The notes below the pieces were generated by a model, which saw nothing but the letters and a program-made list of their open reading frames with translations, made no database searches and was not told the DNA's origin. Position numbers and translations under genes: made by a program. DNA of 64,000 nt from positions 11,635 through 75,634 of the forward strand of contig JAZTWM010000007.1 in the NCBI GenBank assembly GCA_045635825.1. The letters run 5' to 3'. This DNA comes from Candidatus Enterousia sp. Its GTDB lineage: Bacteria > Pseudomonadota > Alphaproteobacteria > Rs-D84. The stretch's first letter is position 1. Each line of letters starts with the position of its first letter. This document shows, piece after piece, positions 10,035 to 20,657 of this stretch.

Positions 10035-10330
10035 TTGGCATCACCTTTCTTACGTTTAGACATTGATGCCTTTTTATTTCTGGGTAATACCGTAGATATA
10101 GTATCCAGCACATCATCTGTAGTCGTTTGAATAATTTCATCAATTGGCTGTTCTAACTCAATTTGCTGTCTCAGGTTTTCAGACGCATCCGTTACTTTCC
10201 AAATAACCCCACGAACGAATCGGACTATACGTGCCAAAACCCGTGCAACATCTGGCCACATGCGTGCAGGCACGACCAAAATCGCAACCAACAAGACAAC
10301 TAAAAACTCTGCCCAACTTATCCCAAACAT
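10031..10330 (-). CDS. tatB: TatB
   Basis: MFGISWAEFLVVLLVAILVVPARMWP, directly upstream of tatC. Confidence 0.8.
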   Translation of the reverse strand: MFGISWAEFLVVLLVAILVVPARMWPDVARVLARIVRFVRGVIWKVTDASENLRQQIELEQPIDEIIQTTTDDVLDTISTVLPRNKKASMSKRKKGDAK

Positions 10331-10336
10331 AGTATT

Positions 10337-10951
10337 TTAATCATAATAATCGTCACCACCACTGGTACTGATGGTTTTATGACGTTGAATTTGAAAATAA
10401 TTCTTTCCAAAGTTTGTTTTTTCTTTTAATCCTTTGAATACAACATCTGTTTTGGCCCCTGTTGCATCAACCACAGACCAAGATGCCAACCGTACAGGAT
10501 TTTTATCAAAAACAACCGTCATATTGCCCAACCCTTCTTGACCACGCAAGTTCATCTTTAATGCAAACGCGGTTTTAAAATCAGTTGTTTCAACAACATT
10601 AATATCCGCATTGGTCAAATTAATATTTTTTCGAATCAAGATTCCAGCAGGCGTACTGGTAATTGGCACAGTCGTAATTTGATCCAAAGACCTATCAAAA
10701 AAATACAAATCCTGACCATCTGCAATCAACTGAATTGGCATATTGTCATAATCCAAGCGAACACGCCCCGGACGCAACATAGAAAATTCACCAGACTGTT
10801 GCTTGCCATTTGCAGTCTGTACAAAATCCCCCGTCAATCCGGTCACAGAATTCAAATATTCTTCTGCCTTGGCTACCAGTTTGTTATCAACATCCGCATA
10901 TACAGATAGCGACACCAACATAAACAAACATGCACACAAAAACTTTTTCAT
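10337..10951 (-). CDS. lolA: Lipoprotein carrier LolA
   Basis: GDFVQ, RPGRVRLDY, IADG, TPAGIL. Confidence 0.88.
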   Translation of the reverse strand: MKKFLCACLFMLVSLSVYADVDNKLVAKAEEYLNSVTGLTGDFVQTANGKQQSGEFSMLRPGRVRLDYDNMPIQLIADGQDLYFFDRSLDQITTVPITSTPAGILIRKNINLTNADINVVETTDFKTAFALKMNLRGQEGLGNMTVVFDKNPVRLASWSVVDATGAKTDVVFKGLKEKTNFGKNYFQIQRHKTISTSGGDDYYD

Positions 10952-10956
10952 CTCTC

Positions 10957-11907
10957 TTATTCCTCCTTGAATAATTCTAGAACACGTGCACGCACATTTT
11001 CCAAACTATCACGCACGATTGCACCGGCGGCACGTTCATGTCCACCGCCGCCAAACGCCTCTGCAATATGATTAATTGATTTTTTACGACTGCGAATCGA
11101 CAAACCAATCTGCTCAGCCTTTTGTTCCTTCATCAGCACAATATAATCTACACCTTGAATTTGTCCCAACAAATTCAACACCATCTCGCCCCTACCGTCC
11201 AAATATTTATAATCTTTTCTTGGAATTGTCGCCAATGCCAAACGACCATGATAAAAGAACTCTGCATTTGTGGCGGCACGTGCCTCTACCTGAACAGACT
11301 TACGTGGTTTATTATTCATCAATTCAATTAAATCACGAATATTAACGCCACTATCTACCAAATCCGCCATAATACGTAAAACTTCGCCATTGCGAACAAA
11401 CTTGAAATTACCCGTATCAGTCAAAATCCCCAAAGCCAACAAATCCGCCGTATACGAATCCATATTCCAATCCGCATATTGCATAATATTATATACAATT
11501 ACCGCAACCGCAGGCACCGTTTCATCATTAATACACAAATCACCAATTGTGTTATCGTTTTTATGATGATCAATTTCAACAACAAATCCTGCCTTGTCAA
11601 CTGCAGGTCGGCCACCGCCAATATGCACTGGATTTCCATAATCCATAACAATCGCCATATCAAATGGCTGGGTCATATCAACACGTTCAAAATATTTAAT
11701 ACGGGAACGCAATGGCACATTATCCAATGAGTCTGGCAAGTTTCCATCATACAAACAGACCGGCACAATGCCAAAGTTCTGCTCAATTAAGTTCGCCAAT
11801 GCCAACACACTGCACAACGAATCACCATCTGGATTCTTGTGCCCCATAATCACAACAGATTTGGCTTTACCAAGACGTTCCAAAAAAACTTGTATCTTCT
11901 GTTCCAT
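10957..11907 (-). CDS. DHH/DHHA1 phosphoesterase (NrnA-like)
   Basis: HKNPDGDSL, IDHH, GILTDTGNF, GGGGHERAAG. Confidence 0.9.
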   Translation of the reverse strand: MEQKIQVFLERLGKAKSVVIMGHKNPDGDSLCSVLALANLIEQNFGIVPVCLYDGNLPDSLDNVPLRSRIKYFERVDMTQPFDMAIVMDYGNPVHIGGGRPAVDKAGFVVEIDHHKNDNTIGDLCINDETVPAVAVIVYNIMQYADWNMDSYTADLLALGILTDTGNFKFVRNGEVLRIMADLVDSGVNIRDLIELMNNKPRKSVQVEARAATNAEFFYHGRLALATIPRKDYKYLDGRGEMVLNLLGQIQGVDYIVLMKEQKAEQIGLSIRSRKKSINHIAEAFGGGGHERAAGAIVRDSLENVRARVLELFKEE

Positions 11908-11918
11908 AACATTCCATT

Positions 11919-13652
11919 TTATATTGCAATATCTTCCAAGAAAAATTGCGCACTAACCCTGCCGTTATACTCATTTTCTTTTAACTTACCTAACAACATT
12001 ATTTTAGTATTTGTATTCGCATCGTCTAGTAAAAAGTTACCAACAGGTGTTCCAACCATATTAAATCCGACGAACTGCAAATATTTTCCTGTACTGGTCG
12101 CAACCGAACCACGCAAATGTGCCCCCGACCCCATAACCGTTACATGCGACAAACGCGCCCCATATAACACCAGTGTTGGTTCTGGATTTCCCTGTCCCAA
12201 CGGCTCTAAACTTTTTAATTTATTCACCAATCGCATCGTTGCACCACCTGCATCCATTTCTGCATCCACAACGATTTCAGGTGCCGGCATTTCACCATTC
12301 AATTGTTCCAACACTGCATTTTCCAAGAAACGACAAAACTCTTCTTCTTTATCTTCGTCCAAAGAAAAACCTGCCGCCGCCGCATGTCCACCACCTTCAC
12401 TGACAATACCATTGGCCAATGCGTCATGTATAATCTTACCTAAATCAACCCCTGCAATTGAACGACCTGAACCATTAATAACACCATCAGCCTTGGTCGC
12501 AACACAGGACGGCAAATTATATTTATCTTTTAGCCTGCCCGCAATAATCCCCATAACACCGCCATGCCAATTTTCACCACAAACAAATAAACTGCAACGT
12601 CCGGACGCACAACATCTTTCCGCCATTTCTGTCGCACGCAACATAATCGCATTTTGAATATCGATTCGTTCTTGATTCATAACATGCAATTTATTCGCCA
12701 AATCATGCGCAATCAAAGGATTATCTGTCAGCAACAATTCCAGCGCAGGTGTCGCAGAATCTAATCTACCTGCGGCATTTAATCGTGGGCCCAAGGCAAA
12801 TCCAACCGCATACACAGATGTTTTTTTAATCCCCGCCACATCCATCAAAATCCGCAACCCCAGATTTTGCCGCAAATCCAAGACCTTTACCCCCGTTGAA
12901 ACAAACGCACGATTTAATCCAACCAATGACATTGTGTCACATATAGTCCCCAATGCGACCAAATCCAACAAATCCATCAACGCAGAATTATCAACACCCG
13001 CACCGCGTAATTTCAGTTCACGATTAACCGCCACCAACGTCAAAAACGCAACCCCAACACCCGCTAAATATGTCAGTCCCGATGTATCATCCGCACGTTT
13101 TGGATTTACAACCGCATCCGCATTCGGCAAAATATTATCTGGGGAATGGTGATCCGTTACAACAACCTGCAAACCACGTTCCTTGGCAAACGCAACCTCA
13201 TCAACACCACTAATCCCACAGTCAACTGTTATCAGCAAACGCACGCCATCATTGACAATATCTTCAATGGCCTCATTATTCAAACCATAACCTTCGCCTT
13301 CACGTGTTGGCAGATGCCAAACCACATCAACACCAAGCATACGCAAGTATTTAACAAATACCGCCGTTGATGTAATCCCATCCACGTCATAATCACCATA
13401 GATTGCAATTTTATGCCCTGCCTGTATCGCATCTGCGATAATACCGGCCGCCCGATCCATATCCTGCAAAACAGACGGATTTGGCATATACTCTTTTATA
13501 CTAGGATTCAAAAACTTTCTGGTGTCTTCTGCTGTATGTATACCACGCCCTGCTAATATTGTTGTTAACAAGTCGCCCGAATTATTTTCCACACCATCAT
13601 CAGCCACCACCCATGCCTTACCCAGCATGGATTTCTCAACTATCTTTCTCAC
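11919..13652 (-). CDS. recJ: ssDNA exonuclease RecJ
   Basis: YGDYDVDG, EGYGL, TVDCG, TDHH, GPRLNAAGR, GSGRS, GGGHAAAAG. Confidence 0.96.
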   Translation of the reverse strand: MRKIVEKSMLGKAWVVADDGVENNSGDLLTTILAGRGIHTAEDTRKFLNPSIKEYMPNPSVLQDMDRAAGIIADAIQAGHKIAIYGDYDVDGITSTAVFVKYLRMLGVDVVWHLPTREGEGYGLNNEAIEDIVNDGVRLLITVDCGISGVDEVAFAKERGLQVVVTDHHSPDNILPNADAVVNPKRADDTSGLTYLAGVGVAFLTLVAVNRELKLRGAGVDNSALMDLLDLVALGTICDTMSLVGLNRAFVSTGVKVLDLRQNLGLRILMDVAGIKKTSVYAVGFALGPRLNAAGRLDSATPALELLLTDNPLIAHDLANKLHVMNQERIDIQNAIMLRATEMAERCCASGRCSLFVCGENWHGGVMGIIAGRLKDKYNLPSCVATKADGVINGSGRSIAGVDLGKIIHDALANGIVSEGGGHAAAAGFSLDEDKEEEFCRFLENAVLEQLNGEMPAPEIVVDAEMDAGGATMRLVNKLKSLEPLGQGNPEPTLVLYGARLSHVTVMGSGAHLRGSVATSTGKYLQFVGFNMVGTPVGNFLLDDANTNTKIMLLGKLKENEYNGRVSAQFFLEDIAI

Positions 13653-13695
13653 ACTTGACTCTTTTTTTTATTATCAAGTGCATTATAATCAAAAA

Positions 13696-15333
13696 TTATT
13701 CAAATAGCAACGGCAGTATACTGTTTAAAATCTTACCCGTTGTCGGCACCGCATTCCATGCCGCCGTACGCCACCCCCAAGATTCCTTGGTACCATGCGG
13801 TTCATCTAACACAATCAAAATTGTATATTGTGGTGCATGTGCTGGGAACACCCCAACAAAGGCCGTAACATTGCGATTATGGTCAATTCGACCATTTGTA
13901 TATTTTTCCGCGGTTGATGTTTTTCCACCAATTTGGATACCCGCAACACGTGCCTGCTTACCACTAGTCTCTTCTGCGACACGCAACATAATTGGACGTA
14001 ATTTTGCAGAAATCTCATCCGCCAACACACGTTCACCACGAACAACCCCAACACTACGCTTTTGCAATGTCGGATAAATATAAATACCACCATTTGTCAC
14101 CGCATTAACAGCCAACATCAAATGCATCGGTGTTACCGCATACCCCTGACCATATGCAACCGTTGCACGTTCAACCGGCCCCCATTTGCGTTGTGGAATA
14201 CTGTTCTCTGTACGCCCAAATTCCAAGGTCAAAGCCTTGTCCATATGCAACCGCTCAAAAAACTCTTTCTGTGCCCCATCAGGCAATTCCAAGGCAATTT
14301 GTGCACTACCCACATTACAAGAATGCATCATAATTTCTTCTACATTTATACTGGGGCGTGGGGGCTTAAAACTACGAATATCGGTAATATTCTTGGCCAA
14401 CCTGCCATTCTTGTCATAAATCGGGAACGGTTTTGCCACATAATATTCTTTTGTTGGCTCAATACCATTTTCCAACGCCAACGCCGTATTAAATATCTTA
14501 AAGATAGACCCCAATTCAAAAACGCTACGCATTGGCTTAAAGGCCCGATTTGCAACCGGATCTGCTCGCAAGTTTTCTGGATCATAATCTGGCAAAGACA
14601 CCATCGCAATAATTTCACCTGTACGCGAATTCATCAACATGCCCATCGCAGCCTTGGTTTGATATTTTTGCATTGCATATGACAACTGGTCATAGAAAAC
14701 AGACTGTATACGTGAATCAACCGACAATCTTAACGGATCTTTGTTTTCGGTTAAATAATCATTATATACCCGTTCTGCCCCCTCTAACCCATTACCTTCG
14801 GCACCGACAAATCCAACAACATGTGAAAACAGTCTGCGTTTTGGATATTTTCTGGTTTGAATCTTTTCAATTTCCAAACCTTCCAACTTAGCCTTTGCAA
14901 TAATTTCACGTTGGGCATCACTGGCATACTTTTTCAATCTAATAAAACGCCTATCTGAATTAACCAATTCTATTGCTTGGGCCAAAGAATATTCGTACGG
15001 CAACGCACGATGGATCGTTTGTGCAACCGCCTCTCTATCCTTTTCACGTACTGCACGATTACGCAAGATAATGTGTCCCGATTCGACATTCTTGGCCAAT
15101 ATATCACCATTTCTATCAACAATATCTGCACGCTGAACATCCCATTGTTCATCAACACCCGCCAATCTTGACCTTTCTGTTCCCTGAAATCCCAATTGCA
15201 ATGTTCTACCAATAAACACACAAAACATACACAGAAATGCAAAATTCATGAACCACAAACGACGACTACCAACAATATCGCCACGCACACCTGCAAAACC
15301 ATGCTTTAAAATATCCTTTCCAATTTCAAACAT
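13696..15333 (-). CDS. ftsI: Class B penicillin-binding protein (FtsI/PBP3)
   Basis: RADIVDRNG, SIFK (SxxK), SCN (SxN), KTS; follows an FtsL-like gene. Confidence 0.85.
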   Translation of the reverse strand: MFEIGKDILKHGFAGVRGDIVGSRRLWFMNFAFLCMFCVFIGRTLQLGFQGTERSRLAGVDEQWDVQRADIVDRNGDILAKNVESGHIILRNRAVREKDREAVAQTIHRALPYEYSLAQAIELVNSDRRFIRLKKYASDAQREIIAKAKLEGLEIEKIQTRKYPKRRLFSHVVGFVGAEGNGLEGAERVYNDYLTENKDPLRLSVDSRIQSVFYDQLSYAMQKYQTKAAMGMLMNSRTGEIIAMVSLPDYDPENLRADPVANRAFKPMRSVFELGSIFKIFNTALALENGIEPTKEYYVAKPFPIYDKNGRLAKNITDIRSFKPPRPSINVEEIMMHSCNVGSAQIALELPDGAQKEFFERLHMDKALTLEFGRTENSIPQRKWGPVERATVAYGQGYAVTPMHLMLAVNAVTNGGIYIYPTLQKRSVGVVRGERVLADEISAKLRPIMLRVAEETSGKQARVAGIQIGGKTSTAEKYTNGRIDHNRNVTAFVGVFPAHAPQYTILIVLDEPHGTKESWGWRTAAWNAVPTTGKILNSILPLLFE

Positions 15334-15626
15334 TACAAACTTTCTTTTATTGGTAATTCATTAACTGATACAGACTTATTAAAACTGATTGGTTCAACCT
15401 TTGGGGAAATACTAACCACCATATTTCGTAACACCTCTGGACGTACCAACGATGCAAACCCTGCTTCTGCCACAGCAATTTGTTGCTGAGTTTCAACAAT
15501 TTGACGTCGCACACGATTTATTTGACGATTTTGGGTACGAAACGCAACCTGCAAAACTACGGTTGCCAATAAAACACAACCAATTGCCCATACACCAAAC
15601 TGCAACATTTTTTCATCATCTTGCAT
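15333..15626 (-). CDS. ftsL: FtsL-like cell division protein
   Basis: Single TM plus coiled coil, AEAGFASLVRPEVL, immediately upstream of ftsI. Confidence 0.7.
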   Translation of the reverse strand: MQDDEKMLQFGVWAIGCVLLATVVLQVAFRTQNRQINRVRRQIVETQQQIAVAEAGFASLVRPEVLRNMVVSISPKVEPISFNKSVSVNELPIKESL

Positions 15627-15660
15627 ATTCTCTACCCCCGGTCCCTGACAATGCATTTTA

Positions 15661-16023
15661 TCATAAATTATGTAAAAAACGAATCATTGAATTCAGGCCA
15701 TTTAAACGTCCTGCCCCCAGATTCAAGTTCAATTTATCAAATTCGTTCGCAATGTCCAGATTTTTAATCTGTTCCGGCGTTTTACCATCAACCATTGAAA
15801 TAATAATCGCAACAATACCACGTACAATCGCCGAATCAGCACGTCCATAAAACCGATTTCCATCACGACAAATCTGCACAAAAGATGAACACCCCACAAT
15901 TTCAGTACACTCTGCTGTATCCGGCACCACATCTAAACGTGCACCAAAATCCATCAACATTTCCAACCTATCCACAGGATTATCCAGCATCGATAGAACA
16001 GATTTTATTTCTTCCCAGTGCAT
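15661..16023 (-). CDS. sufE: SufE family sulfur acceptor
   Basis: IVGCSSFV, ADSAIVRG, RLNGL. Confidence 0.88.
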   Translation of the reverse strand: MHWEEIKSVLSMLDNPVDRLEMLMDFGARLDVVPDTAECTEIVGCSSFVQICRDGNRFYGRADSAIVRGIVAIIISMVDGKTPEQIKNLDIANEFDKLNLNLGAGRLNGLNSMIRFLHNL

Positions 16024-16028
16024 AACTA

Positions 16029-16343
16029 CTACCACCCCTCATTGGTCAAATCTAATTCAATCCTTGCTTGGTCTGACATACGTGTCAAATCCCATGGCGG
16101 ATCCCAAACCAAATCCACACGCACTGGAACATCACCGGTTACATTTTGGGCAACCTGACGCACCTGTTCTAACAATTCTTCCATCATGGGACACGTTGGA
16201 CTGGTAAAAGTCATCTGTAACACCACCTGCACATCTTGAATATCAATATCATATATCAAGCCCAAATCCCAAATATTAACAGGGATTTCAGGATCAAACA
16301 CCGTTTTCAATGCTGCAACAATATCATCTTTTGAAAATGTCAT
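16029..16343 (-). CDS. Fe-S assembly protein, DUF59/SufT family
   Basis: DPEIPVNIWDLGLIY, TFTSPTCP, VWDPPW. Confidence 0.92.
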   Translation of the reverse strand: MTFSKDDIVAALKTVFDPEIPVNIWDLGLIYDIDIQDVQVVLQMTFTSPTCPMMEELLEQVRQVAQNVTGDVPVRVDLVWDPPWDLTRMSDQARIELDLTNEGW

Positions 16344-17428
16344 TTTACAATATCTCTTATTATCTCGACAAAACGCACCACATCCTGCATCGTATTATAC
16401 CCACCAACAGATACACGTACAGAGCCCGCAATCCCTAACCTTTCATGAATCCATGTGGCACACATGTTACCGGCACGCACACAAACGCCATTCGCACCAA
16501 TCAACATCCCTAAATCCAACGGATGCATACCTTCAACAACAAAAGTCAATATCGCCGATTCGTTTTTGGACAACAAACGTACACCTGGAATCTGGGCCAA
16601 TTCACCATACATATACCTTATCAAATCCATATTTGGACGGTTATTCACCAACGCATCAATCGCCACACCTAAACCCGCAATCTGGGTCAAAGGTAAAGTA
16701 CCTGCCTCAAACTTTTCTGGTCCACTCACCAAATCCACCACATCACCAATCACACGATTAACCATCCCCCCACCGAAATTCACAGGCATATACAAGTCTG
16801 GATTTCTTATATACATAACCCCTAATCCTGTATCCGCACCAATCTTGTGACCAGACCAGCAAATAAAGTCTGCCCCCCATGCGTCCGCATCAATTTTTTC
16901 GTGAACAACATATTGTGCACAATCAACCACCACAACAACACTTGGATTTTTCTCACGTGCTATACGCACGATTTCTGGGATTTTTTGTGCAACACCAATA
17001 ACATTAGACATCGCACTAAGAATCAAAATATCCGCATACGGAACCTTATCTAAATCATAATTCAAATTATTATCCAGCGGACACATGCAAACCCTGCCCC
17101 CTGACATAACAAATGGCAATCGTGCACTATGATGATCTAAATCTGACACCGCAACCATGGTATCTGGCGTAATATCCAACATATGCACAATCATGTTCAT
17201 TGATGCGGTTGTTCCAGATGTAAAAACAATACTGTCAGGACGCGTATTCATGAAATCCGCCACATGCCGGCGAACACGTCCAACCATTTCATCAACTGCA
17301 ACTGCAACGGCACAAACCCCACGTCCCGCATTTGCATAGTGATTTTCCAAAAAATCCACTTGTGCATCTATAACCGACTGTGGTTTTTGATATGTCGCAG
17401 ATGCATCCAAATATATGAATTCATTCAT
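16340..17428 (-). CDS. sufS: Cysteine desulfurase, SufS-type
   Basis: YLDASATYQKP, WSGHKIG (PLP Lys), FEAGT, RAGNMCA (catalytic Cys). Confidence 0.9.
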   Translation of the reverse strand: MNEFIYLDASATYQKPQSVIDAQVDFLENHYANAGRGVCAVAVAVDEMVGRVRRHVADFMNTRPDSIVFTSGTTASMNMIVHMLDITPDTMVAVSDLDHHSARLPFVMSGGRVCMCPLDNNLNYDLDKVPYADILILSAMSNVIGVAQKIPEIVRIAREKNPSVVVVVDCAQYVVHEKIDADAWGADFICWSGHKIGADTGLGVMYIRNPDLYMPVNFGGGMVNRVIGDVVDLVSGPEKFEAGTLPLTQIAGLGVAIDALVNNRPNMDLIRYMYGELAQIPGVRLLSKNESAILTFVVEGMHPLDLGMLIGANGVCVRAGNMCATWIHERLGIAGSVRVSVGGYNTMQDVVRFVEIIRDIVK

Positions 17429-17505
17429 GTATGATTTCTCTTGCATTTTAGGCTGATTATAATACACTTTTGCCAAATATCAATCATAGAAGAAAGGAGA
17501 ATCAT

Positions 17506-17823
17506 ATGGCGGTATTACATGCAAACGACACAACTTTTGACAGCACAATCGGCACAGGTATCACATTGGTCGACTTTTGGGCATCATGGTGCGGTCCATG
17601 TCGTATGTTTGGCCCAATTTTTGAAAATGCATCCGACAAAACCACAGATGCGAAATTTGTAAAATTTGAAATTGATGAAACAAATCGTCGCACACCCGCT
17701 AAATACGGCATTCGCAGCATTCCATCTATTCTGGCATTCAAAGACGGCGAATTGATCGAAGCACGCACAGGTGTCATGGACGAAGAAACAGTACTGGCAT
17801 GGGTACAAGAATTAAAGGGCTAA
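17506..17823 (+). CDS. trxA: Thioredoxin
   Basis: DFWASWCGPC, IRSIP; AAGGAG RBS. Confidence 0.95.
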   Translation: MAVLHANDTTFDSTIGTGITLVDFWASWCGPCRMFGPIFENASDKTTDAKFVKFEIDETNRRTPAKYGIRSIPSILAFKDGELIEARTGVMDEETVLAWVQELKG

Positions 17824-17826
17824 ACA

Positions 17827-18261
17827 ATGGCAAAACAAGCAGATTACAAAACACTAGAATTACCATCTAACTATAAACCAAAAAAGACAGAACCATACAT
17901 GTGTCCAAACCAGTTAGCATACTTCTATCGTATCCTAACTGCACAACGTGAAGAATTAATGCACGAACGTGACTCTGTATTAAACGCTGTCCGTCTGGCT
18001 GATAAAACCGAGGCAGTCGGTGTTGGCGACGAAACAGACAACGCAACATACAACCAAGATATTACAATGGATTTGCGTATGTCAGACCGCAACAACAAAT
18101 TACTGCAAAAGGTAAACGCAGCAATTGATCGAATCGCCAACGGCTCATATGGATTCAGTGTTGTATCTGGCGATGAAATCGGGATTCAACGCATGATGGC
18201 ACGTCCACTGGCCACAATGACAGTTGAAGAACAAGAAGAATACGAAGCCCGTAAAAACTAA
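17827..18261 (+). CDS. dksA: DksA/TraR family RNA polymerase-binding protein, Cys-free finger
   Basis: YKPKKTEPYM, DETDNA tip, AAIDRIANGSYG, EIGIQRMMARP. Confidence 0.85.
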   Translation: MAKQADYKTLELPSNYKPKKTEPYMCPNQLAYFYRILTAQREELMHERDSVLNAVRLADKTEAVGVGDETDNATYNQDITMDLRMSDRNNKLLQKVNAAIDRIANGSYGFSVVSGDEIGIQRMMARPLATMTVEEQEEYEARKN

Positions 18262-18264
18262 AAC

Positions 18265-18290
18265 AAAATCCCACCTTTCGGTGGGATTTT
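18265..18290. terminator. Bidirectional intrinsic terminator
   Basis: AAAATCCCACC-TTTC-GGTGGGATTTT. Confidence 0.85.
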
Positions 18291-18344
18291 TATTTATTTT
18301 ATACTCTATACAATCTGCTGTATACGCATGTTTTCTGCATAAAA

Positions 18345-19082
18345 TTATAAATCCAAGATACACCCAAACAGTACTGCAAAAAAGAAGCACACACTACCAG
18401 CAATTACGAATAAATGCCATACCGCATGTGAAAACTTCATACGACGCCATAAATAGAATATAACACCAATCGTATAAGACAAACCACCCGCCAAAATAAA
18501 CCACAACCCACGTTCCGGGATACTGCGTATCATCGCCGGCAATATGAACAATAACGTCCACCCCATCGCAACATATAATGCCACCATCCATTTTGGTTGC
18601 TGTTTTGGATTACGAATCTTCATATACGAGCCAAACAAAACAATCCCCCACAAGATTCCAAACACAATCCAACCAATAAGCCCACGCAGATTCACCAACA
18701 AAAATGGTGTATACGTACCCGCAATCAAAGCATAAATCGCGACACTATCCCACACCTCAAAAAAGCACTCGCCCTTTTTACCGATTGTTGCATGACACAT
18801 TGTTGACCCAAAATACAAGGTTATCATTGTCACACCAAAAATCGCACATGACACAATCGCCCATGCATCACCCTTAATTCCAGCGAACACAACCAACAAT
18901 GTCAGGGCTGCGACAGCCAAACCAATCCCAATCCCATGCGTTAAAATATTAACTACTTCTTCTGCATGCGTGCTTGGCTTTTCCCAACGAAACAAGCCTG
19001 TTGCACGCAAAACCTTCAACAACTTTGAGGCATGCTCATCTTTTTTTACCGCCTTAATTCTGTCTCGCTTTGAAACAATCAT
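18345..19082 (-). CDS. Hemolysin III/PAQR family membrane protein
   Basis: EEVVNILTHG, IAGTYTPF, YVAMGW, HAVWHLFV. Confidence 0.92.
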   Translation of the reverse strand: MIVSKRDRIKAVKKDEHASKLLKVLRATGLFRWEKPSTHAEEVVNILTHGIGIGLAVAALTLLVVFAGIKGDAWAIVSCAIFGVTMITLYFGSTMCHATIGKKGECFFEVWDSVAIYALIAGTYTPFLLVNLRGLIGWIVFGILWGIVLFGSYMKIRNPKQQPKWMVALYVAMGWTLLFILPAMIRSIPERGLWFILAGGLSYTIGVIFYLWRRMKFSHAVWHLFVIAGSVCFFFAVLFGCILDL

Positions 19083-20656
19083 TTTAACACCCCCTCAATT
19101 CGTGACTTAACACGTTCGCCACCCATTACAACCATAATAGAATACAAATCTGGTGTATTTGTACGACCCGACAAAGCGACACGCAGATTCATTGCAACAT
19201 CACCGTTTTTAACACCTGTATTTTCTGCAACTGCAACAATTTTCGCCCACCAGGCATCTTTATCATCCGATTCGTTATACGTTTCCAAGAATGCTTTTAA
19301 TACATCCTTGTTAAATTCATATTCCGTACTTGGAACAAATAATTCATCCCAGAAGAACGCAACACTTTCCAATGTCTGTGACCATGTTACAAAGTCCTTG
19401 CGTACACGTTTTGGATTATCACGTTCAATTCCCAAAACACCTGTCAAATATTGCGCATCTGCAACCTGCATTTTATTGACATCCGTTCCATATTCATTTG
19501 CCCATTGGGCGACACGACTAACCAATTCTGGCACAGGCAACGACCCAATAAACTCTTTCGCCCACCATTCCAATTTCTTCATATCAAATAATGCACCCGA
19601 CATTGGAATCTTTTTTGCACGCATTTCATAATCCCAGAAAGACTTCACCTGCCCCTTCATCTTGGCTTCTTCATACCCAGACGCAGCGATATTACCCAGA
19701 TATTCAATCACAGCCTCAACCGGCCAGCCTGCCTCTAAGAAAAATGCAACATTTGCCTCTGGATCTTTGCGTTTTGACAACTTGCGTTGCTTACCCGTTT
19801 CTTCATCAATCTTATCAATCGTGGACGTATGAATATATAATGGTGCATTCCACCCCATCATACGAAACATCTGTACATGCAATGGCAATGACGGCAACCA
19901 TTCTTCACCACGAATAACATGTGTTGTACGCATAAAATGATCATCGCATAAATGTGCAAAATGATATGTTGGCAACCCATCATTTGATTTAATTAAGACA
20001 ATATCTTCATTGTTTTCTGGGAACCCAATTGAACCACGAACTGCATCTTTACAGAATATACGTTGTTCTGGATTTCCCCCAGAATACATGCGTATAGACG
20101 GTATTTCACCATTATCCAAATGGGCAATTATTTCTTCTTCACTTAAGTTTCTATCACGTGCAAATTCACCATAAATCCCTGTTGGGAATCCAGCAGATTT
20201 TTGATTCTCGCGAATCTGTTCCATATCGCTTGCACTTAAAAAGCATGGATACGCCAAACCATTTTCTAACAAATACGCCACAACAGAATGATAAACATCT
20301 TTACGTTGTGATTGATAATATGGACCATACTTTTCATCATTATTATAAGCCAAACCAAATCGGTTCATCGATTCGTTAATAATACGAACCGCATCTGCAA
20401 CTTCACGCTTGGTATCAGTATCTTCGATACGCAACATAAACACACCACCCGACTGCGATGCCAGTTTACAATCAATCAACGCACCATACAAACCACCAAT
20501 ATGCATATACCCTGTTGGACTGGGGGCAAAGCGAGTCACAAATGCACCATCCGGCAAGTTGCGTGCAGGAAACTTCTCTTCCAGTTCTGCAATTGTATAT
20601 TTTGGTGCTGCACCCAACACGCGCGCAATTAAATCTTTTGATAAACCATTTCTCAT
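19079..20656 (-). CDS. gltX: Glutamate-tRNA ligase
   Basis: RFAPSPTGYMHIGG, RIEDTD, THVIRGEEW, KLSKR. Confidence 0.95.
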   Translation of the reverse strand: MRNGLSKDLIARVLGAAPKYTIAELEEKFPARNLPDGAFVTRFAPSPTGYMHIGGLYGALIDCKLASQSGGVFMLRIEDTDTKREVADAVRIINESMNRFGLAYNNDEKYGPYYQSQRKDVYHSVVAYLLENGLAYPCFLSASDMEQIRENQKSAGFPTGIYGEFARDRNLSEEEIIAHLDNGEIPSIRMYSGGNPEQRIFCKDAVRGSIGFPENNEDIVLIKSNDGLPTYHFAHLCDDHFMRTTHVIRGEEWLPSLPLHVQMFRMMGWNAPLYIHTSTIDKIDEETGKQRKLSKRKDPEANVAFFLEAGWPVEAVIEYLGNIAASGYEEAKMKGQVKSFWDYEMRAKKIPMSGALFDMKKLEWWAKEFIGSLPVPELVSRVAQWANEYGTDVNKMQVADAQYLTGVLGIERDNPKRVRKDFVTWSQTLESVAFFWDELFVPSTEYEFNKDVLKAFLETYNESDDKDAWWAKIVAVAENTGVKNGDVAMNLRVALSGRTNTPDLYSIMVVMGGERVKSRIEGVLK

Positions 20657-20657
20657 T

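Noticed and set aside
11839-12657. Long antisense ORFs (also 39398-40189, 42470-43135, 14062-14682, 33518-34135)
   Set aside because: Shadows of recJ, serS, typA, ftsI and ftsK; no motifs or RBS
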